This document shows, in pieces, positions 1 to 9,930 of a stretch of DNA of 64,000 nucleotides (positions within the stretch are counted from its first letter, which is position 1; every line of letters begins with the position of its first letter). The notes below the pieces were generated by a model. The model searched no databases. It was not told the DNA's origin and saw only the letters and a list, made by a program, of their open reading frames with translations. Position numbers and translations under genes: made by a program. The stretch covers positions 7,712 to 71,711 of the forward strand of contig CAYJKL010000002.1 in assembly GCA_964370755.1 (NCBI GenBank), given 5' to 3'. This DNA comes from an uncultured Muribaculaceae bacterium. GTDB lineage: Bacteria; Bacillota_I; Bacilli_A; RF39; UBA660.

Positions 1-1481
1 TCTTTTTTAGCCATTTCTAAGCCATCAATATTATCTTTGTAATATTTTTTTAAAAGTTTAGTGTATTCATTATCTAAATATTCAGAAGTAAGCATTACAC
101 CTGATGCATTAGTTTCATGAATTATTTTTTCAAACTCAGCAAACATAGTTGCTTTTCTTATTACAAATTCAAAGTCTTTTAATCTGTCTTCTAAAAGTGT
201 TAATTTTTCTTCTTTGCTTTTAGCTAGTTTATGCATATATTTATTTAAGAGTAACTCATTTACTTGACTTGCTACTTCTAAAACAAATATAGATGGTTCA
301 TAATTTACAAATTCGTTGTTTTCTTTCGAATAATCAAAATGTACTGCATGACCAATTTCATGAGCAAGTGTAGATAAGTCTTTAAGAGTATTTTTATAAT
401 TTAAAAACACATAAGATTTATCACTATAAATGCTTGTTGTGTACGCAATTTCCTTTTTATTATTTTTAGGAAATGCATCTATTCTATTTTCACTAAATAT
501 TTTATTAGCTTTGGCACTATATTCTCCGCCAAAGTTTAAAAATGTTGCAAGTACTAAATCCCTTGCTTCTGCAAATGTATATTCTTTTTCATTTACATTA
601 GTTAGAGGTGCACTAGTATCATATAATTTTAAATCTTTTATTCCCATTAATTTACTTCTAAGATTCCAATATTTATCGAATGTAGGTAAATTAAGTTTTA
701 TGTTTTTAATTAACGAATCGTAAACACCGTATTCTAAATTATTTTTATCAAGTGTCATTTCTAAAGCATTTTTATATTTTTTAACACTACTAACTTTATT
801 ATTATGAGAAATAATCCCATCTAGTAAACTAGCACTTGTAGCTGATACTTTTTCTAAAGTTTCATACATTGTTACAAACGCTTTTTTTCTAATATCTCTA
901 TCATTATTAAGCATAAAAAGTTCGTAGTTATTAATTGTTAACTCTTCTCCATTTACTTCTCCAAAATTTGTTTCAACATGAAGTAAGTTAGTAAATGCAT
1001 CAACGTATCTTTTGCTACTATCTGAAAATATAGCTAAAATATTTTCGCATTCACTACTTAAAGTATGCCTTTTGTTTAAGTAAATGTTTTTAAGACTCTT
1101 TTCATATACTTTCAAATTTTCGTTTGAATCTATATAATTTTTAACGAATTTATAATCACTTTCTAATAGCTCAGGGATTAAAAATGAAGCAAGAGATGCA
1201 TATTTAACATATAAAGATACAACTTTAGCAAAATTTTTACTAGATGCTGAACTTGTTAAGTTTAAATCACTTAAAAATTTACTGTAAACATAAAGTTTTT
1301 CAAGATAAATACTTATTGTTTCATCTAACTTTAATACATCATAAAGTTTTTCGTCACTATCAAGTATATGATTTTTATATCTTTTGATTTTTTCCATATA
1401 CTTACTTACTCTAGCGCACTCCACTAAAAATTCTTTTTCGCTTTCAAAAAGCTTACTTAAATCTGCAACTTGTTTTTCCAT
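1..1481 (-). CDS. pepF: Oligoendopeptidase F (M3B family), N-terminal ~490 aa; C-terminus lies beyond the window start
   Basis: Manual minus-strand translation from the ATG at 1479-1481 (RBS GAAAGGGA) gives MEKQVADLSKLFESEKEF... with the zinc-binding LAHEIGHAVH motif. No stop codon occurs down to nt 1. Not in the ORF track because it is truncated by the window edge. Confidence 0.8.
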   Translation of the reverse strand, partial: MEKQVADLSKLFESEKEFLVECARVSKYMEKIKRYKNHILDSDEKLYDVLKLDETISIYLEKLYVYSKFLSDLNLTSSASSKNFAKVVSLYVKYASLASFLIPELLESDYKFVKNYIDSNENLKVYEKSLKNIYLNKRHTLSSECENILAIFSDSSKRYVDAFTNLLHVETNFGEVNGEELTINNYELFMLNNDRDIRKKAFVTMYETLEKVSATSASLLDGIISHNNKVSSVKKYKNALEMTLDKNNLEYGVYDSLIKNIKLNLPTFDKYWNLRSKLMGIKDLKLYDTSAPLTNVNEKEYTFAEARDLVLATFLNFGGEYSAKANKIFSENRIDAFPKNNKKEIAYTTSIYSDKSYVFLNYKNTLKDLSTLAHEIGHAVHFDYSKENNEFVNYEPSIFVLEVASQVNELLLNKYMHKLAKSKEEKLTLLEDRLKDFEFVIRKATMFAEFEKIIHETNASGVMLTSEYLDNEYTKLLKKYYKDNIDGLEMAKK

Positions 1482-1500
1482 TGTAATCCCTTTCACCGTA

Positions 1501-1524
1501 GAAAGGTTCTTATAAAAAGAACCT
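1501..1524. other. 10-bp perfect inverted repeat (AAAGGTTCTT-ATAA-AAGAACCTTT) in the 36-bp dnaK-pepF gap
   Basis: Read directly from the sequence. On the plus strand a T-run follows; on the minus (dnaK) transcript no U-run follows. Confidence 0.5.
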
Positions 1525-1528
1525 TTTA

Positions 1529-3352
1529 TTATTTTTCTTCAAATTTAGCTTCTTCTACACCATCATCAGTCTTTACTTCTTCAGACGCAGCATCATCTTC
1601 ACTAGGAGCAGCGTTTTTTGCAGCTTCTTCATAAACTTTAGCAGCTAAATCCATAGCAAGTTTATTAAGTTCCTCAGCTTTAGTTTTAATTAATTCATAA
1701 TCTTCACCTTCTAAAGCTTTTTTAACTTCTTCTATTTTTTCTGTAGCACTTGTTTTTTCTTCTTCACTAATTTTACCTTCTAAATCTTCTAGAGCTTTTT
1801 CAGTAGTAAATACAGCACTATCAGCTTCGTTTCTTACTTCAGCATTTTTCTTTTTAGCTTCATCAGCTTCTTTATTAGCTTCAGCTTCTTTCATCATAGT
1901 TTCAATTTCTTCTTCACTTAAATTAGTTGAAGCTGTAATTGTAATTGATTGTTCTTTATTAGTTCCTAAATCTTTAGCTCTAACATTAACGATACCATTA
2001 GCATCAATATCAAATGTAACTTCGATTTGTGGTACTCCACGTCTAGCTGGTAAGATATTAGACAATTGGAAATTACCAAGTGTTTTATTATCAGCAGCCA
2101 TTGGTCTTTCACCTTGAAGTACATGTATGTCTACTGCTGGTTGATTATCAACTGCTGTTGAGAATACTTGACTTTTACTTGTTGGTATAGTTGTATTTCT
2201 AGGTATTAAAACTGTCATAACGTTACCAAGTGTTTCAAGTCCAAGTGATAAAGGAGTAACATCTAAAAGTACGATATCATCAACTTCACCAGTTAATACT
2301 CCACCTTGAATAGCAGCACCCATAGCAACTACTTCATCAGGGTTAACTCCTTTAGAAGGTTCTTGTCCAAGTTCTTTTTTAACAAGTTCTTGAACGTAAG
2401 GTATTCTCGTAGATCCACCTACTAAGATAACTTTATCAATATCTTTTTTGTCCATTTTAGCATCTTTAAGTGCTTGTTTAACAGGTTCTAAAGTTTTATC
2501 AAATAAATCTTTACATAAACTTTCAAACTTAGCTTTAGTTAAATTGATATCCATATGAACTGGAGCTCCATCAACTTGAGTTAAGAATGGTAAACTAATT
2601 TGTGTTGAAGTTGTACTAGATAACTCTTTTTTAGCTTTTTCAGCAGCATCTTTAATTCTTTGCATTGCCATAGCGTCTTTACTAAGGTCTGTTCCATGTT
2701 CTTTTTTGAATTCTTCTACTAAGTAATCACTTACTTTATTATCAAAGTCATCTCCACCAAGTTTGTTATTACCACTTGTTGATTTAACTTCTACAATTCC
2801 GTCTCCTAAATCTAGAATAGATACGTCAAACGTTCCTCCTCCTAAATCGTATACAAGAACTGTTTGATTTTCATTTTGCTTATCAAGTCCATATGCAAGC
2901 GCTGCTGCAGTTGGCTCATTTATAATTCTTTCAACTTCAAGACCAGCAATTTTACCAGCATCTTTTGTAGCTTGACGTTCAGCATCGTTAAAGTATGCTG
3001 GAACTGTAATTACAGCTTTAGTTACTTTTTCTCCTAAATAAGCCTCTGCATCTGCTTTAAGTTTTGAAAGTATTTTTGCACTAATTTCTTGTGGTGTATA
3101 TTTTTTACCATTAATTTCAACTTTGTAATCAGTACCCATATGTCTTTTAATTGAAGACACTGTTCCTTTAACATTTGTTACAGCTTGACGTTTAGCAGTT
3201 TCCCCTATTAAAACATCATCACCTTTAAATCCTACTACTGATGGAGTTGTTCTATTTCCTTCAGCGTTTGCGATAACTACTGTATCGCTACCTTCACGTA
3301 CACTAACACAAGAGTTAGTTGTACCTAAGTCTATTCCTATAATTTTACTCAT
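1529..3352 (-). CDS. dnaK: Molecular chaperone DnaK (Hsp70)
   Basis: 607 aa starting [18 protein letters not shown], the canonical Hsp70 N-terminus, followed by [10 protein letters not shown] and an EEVD-like acidic tail. Confidence 0.97.
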   Translation of the reverse strand: MSKIIGIDLGTTNSCVSVREGSDTVVIANAEGNRTTPSVVGFKGDDVLIGETAKRQAVTNVKGTVSSIKRHMGTDYKVEINGKKYTPQEISAKILSKLKADAEAYLGEKVTKAVITVPAYFNDAERQATKDAGKIAGLEVERIINEPTAAALAYGLDKQNENQTVLVYDLGGGTFDVSILDLGDGIVEVKSTSGNNKLGGDDFDNKVSDYLVEEFKKEHGTDLSKDAMAMQRIKDAAEKAKKELSSTTSTQISLPFLTQVDGAPVHMDINLTKAKFESLCKDLFDKTLEPVKQALKDAKMDKKDIDKVILVGGSTRIPYVQELVKKELGQEPSKGVNPDEVVAMGAAIQGGVLTGEVDDIVLLDVTPLSLGLETLGNVMTVLIPRNTTIPTSKSQVFSTAVDNQPAVDIHVLQGERPMAADNKTLGNFQLSNILPARRGVPQIEVTFDIDANGIVNVRAKDLGTNKEQSITITASTNLSEEEIETMMKEAEANKEADEAKKKNAEVRNEADSAVFTTEKALEDLEGKISEEEKTSATEKIEEVKKALEGEDYELIKTKAEELNKLAMDLAAKVYEEAAKNAAPSEDDAASEEVKTDDGVEEAKFEEK

Positions 3353-3854
3353 ATTTTATATTCCTCTTTCTTTCATTTTCATTTATTTTTGGCAACTTTT
3401 TTGCCCATGTAAGTAAGTTTTCTCTTGCCTTAATAATACTTAACCTAGTTTCTTCATCACTTGTGTTGTTATAATCAAAAGTTTTGCTTATTTTAGTATA
3501 TTTTTTATCACAACCTATTAATTCAACTTGTTTAAGTTCAAATCCTTCTGGTAAGTCACCAAAACTATAATCTTCTTCAAACATAATATATATTTCAGTC
3601 ATAAACTGCATTACTAGTACTATTTTAAACTCAGAATCACTACTAACTAATATAATGTTTGCTTCATTTTTATATCTTTCATATTCTTCTAAAGTTAATT
3701 TAATTGTATATGCCTTATTAAATCTATCATGACCTGCACAACTAAATTTAGTTTGATAACCACTTTTCCAAAGAACATCTAAAATTGGATAAATATTATC
3801 ATCTACCTCAATAGTATCATATATAGGTTCAAGATTATTTTTACTTACTATCAT
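3345..3854 (-). CDS. Hypothetical 169-aa protein inserted between grpE and dnaK; its stop overlaps the dnaK start by 8 nt and it begins 2 nt after the grpE stop
   Basis: Intact ORF on the same strand and frame-packed within the hrcA-grpE-dnaK operon. I recognise no family (contains FSCAGHDRF and a KR-rich C-terminus). Confidence 0.55.
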   Translation of the reverse strand: MIVSKNNLEPIYDTIEVDDNIYPILDVLWKSGYQTKFSCAGHDRFNKAYTIKLTLEEYERYKNEANIILVSSDSEFKIVLVMQFMTEIYIMFEEDYSFGDLPEGFELKQVELIGCDKKYTKISKTFDYNNTSDEETRLSIIKARENLLTWAKKLPKINENERKRNIKYE

Positions 3855-3856
3855 AG

Positions 3857-4372
3857 TTATTCACTTACTTTAACCATTGCTGGTCTAATTACTTTTCCGT
3901 TATAAATATATCCTTTTTGAAGAACATCTATAACTATACCTTCTTTTTTATCTTCTAACTTTTCAGTTAAAACAGCCTGCGCTATTTCTGGGTTAAATTC
4001 TTCATCTAAACAAATAATTTCAGTTACGCCTTGAGCATGAATTATACCAATTAATGCAGCATATATCATTTCAAATCCATCCATGAATTTTTTTGTATCA
4101 AGATTATCACTTTTAACACTTATAGCTCTTTCGAAGTCATCCACTATATCTAATAGTTTAACAATAAAACCTTCGGCTTCATATCTTCTAACTCTAGATA
4201 TTTCTTCTTCACTTCTTCTTTTTACATTTTGCATTTCTGCAAAGGTTCTTAAAAACTTATCGTTTAAAAGATTATATTCATTTTGAAGTTTTTCAAAATC
4301 AGCATTTTTGCTTTTTTTTGCTTTTACTTTTTCTTCTTTTTTAACTTCTTTTAAAGTTTCTTCTTTTTCCAA
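3857..4372 (-). CDS. grpE: Nucleotide exchange factor GrpE
   Basis: 171 aa with a K/E-rich N-terminus and a C-terminal GrpE core (FLRTFAEMQNVKRRSEEE...). Lies between hrcA and dnaK. Confidence 0.93.
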   Translation of the reverse strand: MEKEETLKEVKKEEKVKAKKSKNADFEKLQNEYNLLNDKFLRTFAEMQNVKRRSEEEISRVRRYEAEGFIVKLLDIVDDFERAISVKSDNLDTKKFMDGFEMIYAALIGIIHAQGVTEIICLDEEFNPEIAQAVLTEKLEDKKEGIVIDVLQKGYIYNGKVIRPAMVKVSE

Positions 4373-4375
4373 CTT

Positions 4376-5380
4376 TTAATCTTCCTTCCCGTCTAGATTA
4401 TCGTCTACATATTTTAGTAAACTTACTATTTTTTTATAATCCATTCTTTTAGGTCCAATAACTGCAATAGTTCCTTCTTCCCCACCTGCTTTATATTTTT
4501 TCTTAACAACAGTAAGATTTGGATCAAGTTTATTTTCTTCTCCGATGAATATTTTAATATCTTCAGTACTAGATTTATCTGTAAGTTTTTTTAGTTCACT
4601 TACATTTTCAAGTTTCGTAGATATTTCTTTTATTTCATCTATACTTTGGTATTCAGGTTGACTAATAATTTTAGACTTACCTGCCACATGAATACTTGAA
4701 TTACTATTAACAAAATCATTAAAAGCCTTATAAAATATTCCATATACTGCTTCATACTGATTTATTTCTTTCATAATGATCGGTTTTATTTCAAACTCTA
4801 GTCTTTCACTCACACTACTAATCGGAGTTCCTATTAAGAGTTTATTTATAATTTCACTAGCTTTTATAATTTCACTTATAAACGCACCTTCTGGTAAGCT
4901 GAACTTCTTATTTTCAACTATTCCTTTATCCGTACATACTAGCGCTACTATATGCGTCTCATCAAGCGCAATAATATCAACTTTTTGAAGTAAATTATCA
5001 CCAGCTGTTTTACCAAGTACTACACTTGCATAATTAGTTAAGTCGCTAATTATTTCCATACACTGAGTAATTGTATCACTTATAACTAGATCGTTGTTCG
5101 AAAATATTTTTTGTAATTTTAAAACATCTTTCCCAGTTAAATCTTCTGGTACCATTAGGTTTTCAACATAGTATCTGTAACCTCTTTCCGAAGGTATTCT
5201 ACCTGAAGAAATATGATTCTTTTCTATGTATCCTAAATTTTCTAAAACTTTCATTTCATTACGAATAGTCGCTGATGATAGTCCTAGTTTTGTACAAAGA
5301 GATTTACTTCCTACTGGTTTAACTGTCTTAATATATATCTCAACAATCTCCTTTAAAAGTTCTTCACTTCTTTTATCCAT
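4376..5380 (-). CDS. hrcA: Heat-inducible transcription repressor HrcA
   Basis: N-terminal winged helix (IVEIYIKTVKPVGSKSL) and typical length. The real start is probably the ATG at 5378-5380 (MDKRSEELL) with RBS AAAGGTGGTGA. The ORF-track N-terminal extension MLKVVKH lacks an RBS. Confidence 0.9.
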   Translation of the reverse strand: MDKRSEELLKEIVEIYIKTVKPVGSKSLCTKLGLSSATIRNEMKVLENLGYIEKNHISSGRIPSERGYRYYVENLMVPEDLTGKDVLKLQKIFSNNDLVISDTITQCMEIISDLTNYASVVLGKTAGDNLLQKVDIIALDETHIVALVCTDKGIVENKKFSLPEGAFISEIIKASEIINKLLIGTPISSVSERLEFEIKPIIMKEINQYEAVYGIFYKAFNDFVNSNSSIHVAGKSKIISQPEYQSIDEIKEISTKLENVSELKKLTDKSSTEDIKIFIGEENKLDPNLTVVKKKYKAGGEEGTIAVIGPKRMDYKKIVSLLKYVDDNLDGKED

Positions 5381-5394
5381 GTGTTTCACCACCT

Positions 5395-5422
5395 TTAGCA
5401 CTCAACACTTCTTAAGTGCTAA
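5395..5422. promoter_or_regulatory. CIRCE operator (TTAGCACTC-N9-TAAGTGCTAA), the HrcA binding site
   Basis: ttagcactcaacacttcttaagtgctaa is a near-perfect match to the CIRCE consensus TTAGCACTC-N9-GAGTGCTAA. It lies between the promoter and the hrcA RBS. Confidence 0.88.
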
Positions 5423-5426
5423 ATCT

Positions 5427-5455
5427 ATTATAATAGTATGCTTAGCACTTGTCAA
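5427..5455 (-). promoter_or_regulatory. Sigma-A type promoter for hrcA-grpE-orf169-dnaK (TTGACA-17nt-TATAAT)
   Basis: The minus strand reads TTGACAagtgctaagcatactatTATAAT, 4 nt upstream of CIRCE. The spacer contains an extra CIRCE half-site (agtgctaa). Confidence 0.7.
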
Positions 5456-5494
5456 TATATAACTGCTAATTTCACAAAACATTCACAAAAAAAA

Positions 5495-6385
5495 CTAACT
5501 CACATTAGTTTTCCTTATTTTTTCATAAAATGTTCTATTTAAAAATTCTTCGCTATTACATAAACTAGTTTCTTTAAAGTATATTTTAAATGCTTCTTCG
5601 TAACTTAAGTGCGGATTCCTATTAGTGAATTCTATGAAGTCGGTAAAATAAGAATATCCTGCTGCTCTTGAATTAAAATTTAGTAGTGACCATTCTGGAT
5701 TTATATCATAGTACTCTGATTTTATAAACTCTTTTACATAATCTGCTAAATCATAACTTTGCATTCTATGCTCAATGTCAATACGTTTTGATGTGCAAAT
5801 ATGCATTACCATATAATCTATCGCCATTGGTAAACCGTTACTTACACCAAACGATCCTGGGTTCACAAAGTATTTTCCATTTATTTTATCACTAAAAGCA
5901 CTGTGTGTGTGCCCTGTAATAAATACATCATTTGATAAACTTGTACTTATACTTTGTCTTAAAATATAGTCCTCTGGCCAAATACTTTGTTTACTACCGA
6001 GAGGATTATGATGATCTACTAAAAAAGATATATCATCAATTTTAAAACTTAACTGATCAGGTAATGATTTTATATAATCATAGTTATTACCATTTACTAT
6101 ATTTCTATAGGTGGTGTCTACTGACTTTGTATCTTTTAAATGTTGTAGTTTACCTTCTTCATACAAACTTATATATCTTTCCCTATTTCCAGCTACTACA
6201 TAAGTAGATAAGCCACTTTCCTTTAACCATTTTATTAAATTTATTACTTCATTATCTTGATATCCATCTGTAATCATATCTCCTGCAAAAATAAAATGTT
6301 CAATTCCTTCATTTAGTAATTTTTTTATTATTTTTTCAAGCATGAAATAATTAGAATGTATATCACTTAATACTGCTACTTTCAT
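5495..6385 (-). CDS. Calcineurin-like metallophosphoesterase with a ~100-aa C-terminal extension
   Basis: MKVAVLSDIHSN, GDMITDG, GNRE and GHTHS motifs match the D-x-H / GD / GNH[DE] / GH signature. The C-terminal 100 aa is unassigned. Confidence 0.8.
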   Translation of the reverse strand: MKVAVLSDIHSNYFMLEKIIKKLLNEGIEHFIFAGDMITDGYQDNEVINLIKWLKESGLSTYVVAGNRERYISLYEEGKLQHLKDTKSVDTTYRNIVNGNNYDYIKSLPDQLSFKIDDISFLVDHHNPLGSKQSIWPEDYILRQSISTSLSNDVFITGHTHSAFSDKINGKYFVNPGSFGVSNGLPMAIDYMVMHICTSKRIDIEHRMQSYDLADYVKEFIKSEYYDINPEWSLLNFNSRAAGYSYFTDFIEFTNRNPHLSYEEAFKIYFKETSLCNSEEFLNRTFYEKIRKTNVS

Positions 6386-6412
6386 TTGATACTCCCCGTA
6401 ATATTATACTAT

Positions 6413-9202
6413 TTACAGAACTAATTGTAAATTATTTTTTTCACTTGCAATTAAGTTTTTAAACTCTTCTACTGAATAATAATATTTATCTTTGTATTTA
6501 ACACAATTAGTAAACTTAAAATCTTCTGGCCAAACAAACTCACTTAAGCTACTGAGCATATTTATATCAAGTATTCCATCTATAAACTTTGGCATTCTTT
6601 TATTATTACCATGTTCTAGTGAACTTAAAATTAAGTCTCCCCATACTTCGTTAGGCATTTTGAAATTTTCTATATCTATACATCTTTTCATATATAGCCC
6701 ACCTTTAAATCTAGAAGACACTTCTAAATTTGATGCACTTTTTAAACTACTTAAATAACATATTCCAGTAAAATCATCAGGTATTTTTAAATATTTTGTT
6801 TCTGTTAGACTACTTAGATCTAAATAGTAACATATTCCACTAGGTAATGGAATGTTATCTATATTTTTGATATTTGTTAAAAATAAACTTCCATTTAGTT
6901 TTTCAGGTAACGAGTTATCTTCTAAGTATTCAACACTATTTAAATACAAAGAACCGTTTATATCAATAGGAAGGTTATAATACTTAAGAGTCTTTATTTT
7001 ATTTAATTTTAAATATCCACCTAATTTCTGTGGTAATGTTATATTATTTATAACTTTAACATTTTCAAGATTTATGTATCCTTTGAAACTTTTGTGAAAT
7101 GTAAAATCATTAAGTTCTTCTAAATCAGGAAAACTATAAAAATAATTAGTTCCAATTGGGACTGTTATATTACTTAAACTTTTGATACCTGATATTTTGA
7201 TACCGCCATGCACTTCTTTTGTTAATGTTCCTTTTTCTAAGTTTTGTGGATATTCGATTCTTAATTCTTGTTCTATTATTTCTGGTAAAATTACGCCTTC
7301 AAAATCGTTTGGATAAGTTATACTAAGCGAACCTCTTAGTATTTTAGGAAATACAATATTTTTTAAATCTACTTTATTATTAAATGTAATATTACCTTTA
7401 TAATCTTCGGGAAACACTAGTTTATTATCGTATTTAATTTTAGAAAAATATAAATCCCTTGTTTCAGTTGGTAATGGAAAATCTTTTAAATTATTTTCAT
7501 CTTTAAATATCATTTCGTTTTCTACGTATTTTGGTAACTCAAAAATGCTCATATCTGATATATTTTTAAATTCAAGGGCACTTTCCATAGCGTAATTAAG
7601 TTTTATTTTCTCTTTGCAACTAACATTATCAAAAGTGAAATTTATATCATTATATATAGAAAGGTCTAGTTCACTTTCGAAGTTACAGTTTTTAAACTCA
7701 ACACTATTATAATCTCTTAGTATTTCAATTTCATTTTCTATTTTTGCGCCAATTAATATTAATTTTCCACTGATCTCTTCAGGCAGAAGAAAGTCTTTAA
7801 ATGACTTATTTAAATTTAATGTTAAATCTCCTACTATTACTTTTGGAAACGTTACTGTTTTATAGTCAACATTTTCATCGTATATTAAGTTTCCATGAAA
7901 GTAATATGGTGCAATAAATCCAGCTGATACTTTAATAGGCCATCCGTATGTTTTGAAAAATTTTATTTTTTTACCACTTAAAAGTTCTTCTTCATTAAAA
8001 GTTATTTCATCTTCTGTACATGATAACGCATATGCTAAATCTTTTTTAGAGTCTCTATCCTTAATAATTTCATAAACTCTTTCATCTGGTTTTCCATTTA
8101 TAAACTTTAGTTTTCTTCTGACTTCGTGCAGAAACCGAATCTCTTCTTTATCTAAGTCTTCTTTATTTAAATGTTTTTCATATATTTTATCAATTATACT
8201 TTTATCATGAAAATACATAGAATATTCACTGTAATTTTTAAAATCTCTTAATTTAAAATTTAAAGTATCTAAGAATTCTTCTGCTACTTCTTGGTTTCCT
8301 GTTGTACCTCTAACTTCAACAATGCAGTTATTTACTACTCTTATTGAAATTTTTGGAAGACTAAAATATTTTTTTACATCTTTAGCATAATATACATAGA
8401 ACTGACCTTCTTTTAAGATGTTTGCTGCCATATTTTTATTAAGAACACACCAGTTAGTTCCTTTACCTTCTAAATCTTGCATTAAAAAATCTACATCATC
8501 TGCACCTTCATATAACATCCATTTTCCATTCGGTTTATAGACGTTTCTTTCATATAAATCAAAACTTCTATGATACATTATGTTTTTATAACAAAATTCA
8601 TATAACTTTCTAAAACTACCATTTTGAAGAAGTAATAAAGCTTCTGTATCATTTCCGGTAAATTTTCCTTCCGCATATTCTTGCATTAAATTAATTACGG
8701 CTTTGATTACGTCCCTATCAAACTCAACAAAAGGATTCGTGGTTTTCGTTGTTCTTCTTGTAAATTTATTATTTTTTCCATCATATGAGCCAATTGATGT
8801 TATACCTACAAATGCCCAGTACAATAGCCAATCTGGATATTTTTGCATTTCTGTACTTAAGAAAAAATCTATAAACTTTCTTAATGATTCTTCTTGATCC
8901 ATTATTACGTTAATTCTGTCTTGTAATCTTTCAAAATAACAATATTCGTCTGAGTCTCCTCTAGCAAGAAGTAGTTTTTCTCTTTTTTTAAAGTATTCTT
9001 CAGGAATATCTCTCATTACATATCTATCAATTAGTAAGTTTTTGATTTTTTCTTTTCTATCAGTTTCAATAGTTTTACTAACAACTCTTTGTAATTTTTC
9101 TAAATATTTCCTTATTTTTTCTGGTGGAGTTAATGATAAATTCCCATTATAAAGCAAGTATAAATCTTTATAAATAATATTTAAAAATTCGTATCCGTTC
9201 AT
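6413..9202 (-). CDS. Large (929 aa) cytoplasmic protein: unknown N-terminal ~430-aa domain plus ~500 aa of ~21-23-aa LRR-like repeats (xLPxxIxGxLxLxx...)
   Basis: No signal peptide. Repeats such as ITLPQKLGGYLKLNKIKTLKYYNLPIDINGSLYLNSVEYLEDNSLPEKLNGSLFLTNIKNI are visible by eye. It has its own promoter-like TTTACT-17-TAATAT after the upstream terminator and is co-directional with the phosphoesterase. Confidence 0.7.
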   Translation of the reverse strand: MNGYEFLNIIYKDLYLLYNGNLSLTPPEKIRKYLEKLQRVVSKTIETDRKEKIKNLLIDRYVMRDIPEEYFKKREKLLLARGDSDEYCYFERLQDRINVIMDQEESLRKFIDFFLSTEMQKYPDWLLYWAFVGITSIGSYDGKNNKFTRRTTKTTNPFVEFDRDVIKAVINLMQEYAEGKFTGNDTEALLLLQNGSFRKLYEFCYKNIMYHRSFDLYERNVYKPNGKWMLYEGADDVDFLMQDLEGKGTNWCVLNKNMAANILKEGQFYVYYAKDVKKYFSLPKISIRVVNNCIVEVRGTTGNQEVAEEFLDTLNFKLRDFKNYSEYSMYFHDKSIIDKIYEKHLNKEDLDKEEIRFLHEVRRKLKFINGKPDERVYEIIKDRDSKKDLAYALSCTEDEITFNEEELLSGKKIKFFKTYGWPIKVSAGFIAPYYFHGNLIYDENVDYKTVTFPKVIVGDLTLNLNKSFKDFLLPEEISGKLILIGAKIENEIEILRDYNSVEFKNCNFESELDLSIYNDINFTFDNVSCKEKIKLNYAMESALEFKNISDMSIFELPKYVENEMIFKDENNLKDFPLPTETRDLYFSKIKYDNKLVFPEDYKGNITFNNKVDLKNIVFPKILRGSLSITYPNDFEGVILPEIIEQELRIEYPQNLEKGTLTKEVHGGIKISGIKSLSNITVPIGTNYFYSFPDLEELNDFTFHKSFKGYINLENVKVINNITLPQKLGGYLKLNKIKTLKYYNLPIDINGSLYLNSVEYLEDNSLPEKLNGSLFLTNIKNIDNIPLPSGICYYLDLSSLTETKYLKIPDDFTGICYLSSLKSASNLEVSSRFKGGLYMKRCIDIENFKMPNEVWGDLILSSLEHGNNKRMPKFIDGILDINMLSSLSEFVWPEDFKFTNCVKYKDKYYYSVEEFKNLIASEKNNLQLVL

Positions 9203-9251
9203 AAACCCCTCCGTAATGTATTACTATATTAATAAATTATTGCTTATAAGT

Positions 9252-9275
9252 AAAGAAAAAACGCTTAATTGCGTT
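9252..9275 (-). terminator. Rho-independent terminator after the 218-aa gene (AACGC-AATTAA-GCGTT + T-run)
   Basis: The minus strand reads AACGCAATTAAGCGTTTTTTCTTT; the stop codon is embedded in the stem. Confidence 0.6.
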
Positions 9276-9930
9276 ATTCTTCTTTTGGTATTTCATCTAA
9301 TGTAACTTCTTTTACTTCTATATTATATACATCACTGCTTTTTGTATATAAATTTACTTCAATATAATAATTTGTATATGTTGATGCGTAGTAGAATTTT
9401 TCAACTGACCCACTAGTTTTCATTGCCATATAAACATAACTATGTTTTGGGTCATTTTTAGTTTCTTCATAACTTGGATTAAAATATTCTTCTAAAATGT
9501 CTACTTTATAACCATCACAAACTAGTGTATCAATTGCGTCTCCTGAATCTTCGTGAGCTATCTCATTATCATTTCCTTCATCTTCTTCAAATGCAAAACT
9601 CAATTCATTATAGTATATGTAGCACTCTCCATCTTTTTTATAGATATTACTACTATTAGGTTCTGTTGTTTCATATATTTTATTTTTTACAATAAATTCA
9701 CTTATATTTATTTCCTCGTTTTCATGAGTTAATGTACTTAGATAAGTATTTAACGCTTCTTTTTCGGTATCGTTATATAACTCTTCATCAAAACTGCTAC
9801 TTGTAAAAAAACTTACAACTGTATCAGCTATTTCTTTATTAGTTACTTCATCTTTTCTAAAGGCATTAGCAACGAATACTATTATTATTAATGACAGAAA
9901 AATCCCTATTATAATAATATATTTTTTCAT
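9274..9930 (-). CDS. Membrane-anchored (N-terminal TM/signal anchor) acidic protein, hypothetical
   Basis: MKKYIIIIGIFLSLIIIVFVANAF hydrophobic N-terminus. ATGA overlap with the upstream M23 peptidase gene indicates translational coupling. Confidence 0.6.
   Translation of the reverse strand: MKKYIIIIGIFLSLIIIVFVANAFRKDEVTNKEIADTVVSFFTSSSFDEELYNDTEKEALNTYLSTLTHENEEINISEFIVKNKIYETTEPNSSNIYKKDGECYIYYNELSFAFEEDEGNDNEIAHEDSGDAIDTLVCDGYKVDILEEYFNPSYEETKNDPKHSYVYMAMKTSGSVEKFYYASTYTNYYIEVNLYTKSSDVYNIEVKEVTLDEIPKEE

Noticed and set aside
430-723. Plus-strand 97-aa ORF
   Set aside because: It lies entirely antisense within the pepF coding region and has a low-complexity hydrophobic translation, typical of a spurious ORF in AT-rich DNA.
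1-1529. dnaJ downstream of dnaK
   Set aside because: The gene after dnaK is pepF (HEIGH zinc motif, no J-domain or Cys-rich repeats); dnaJ is not in this window.
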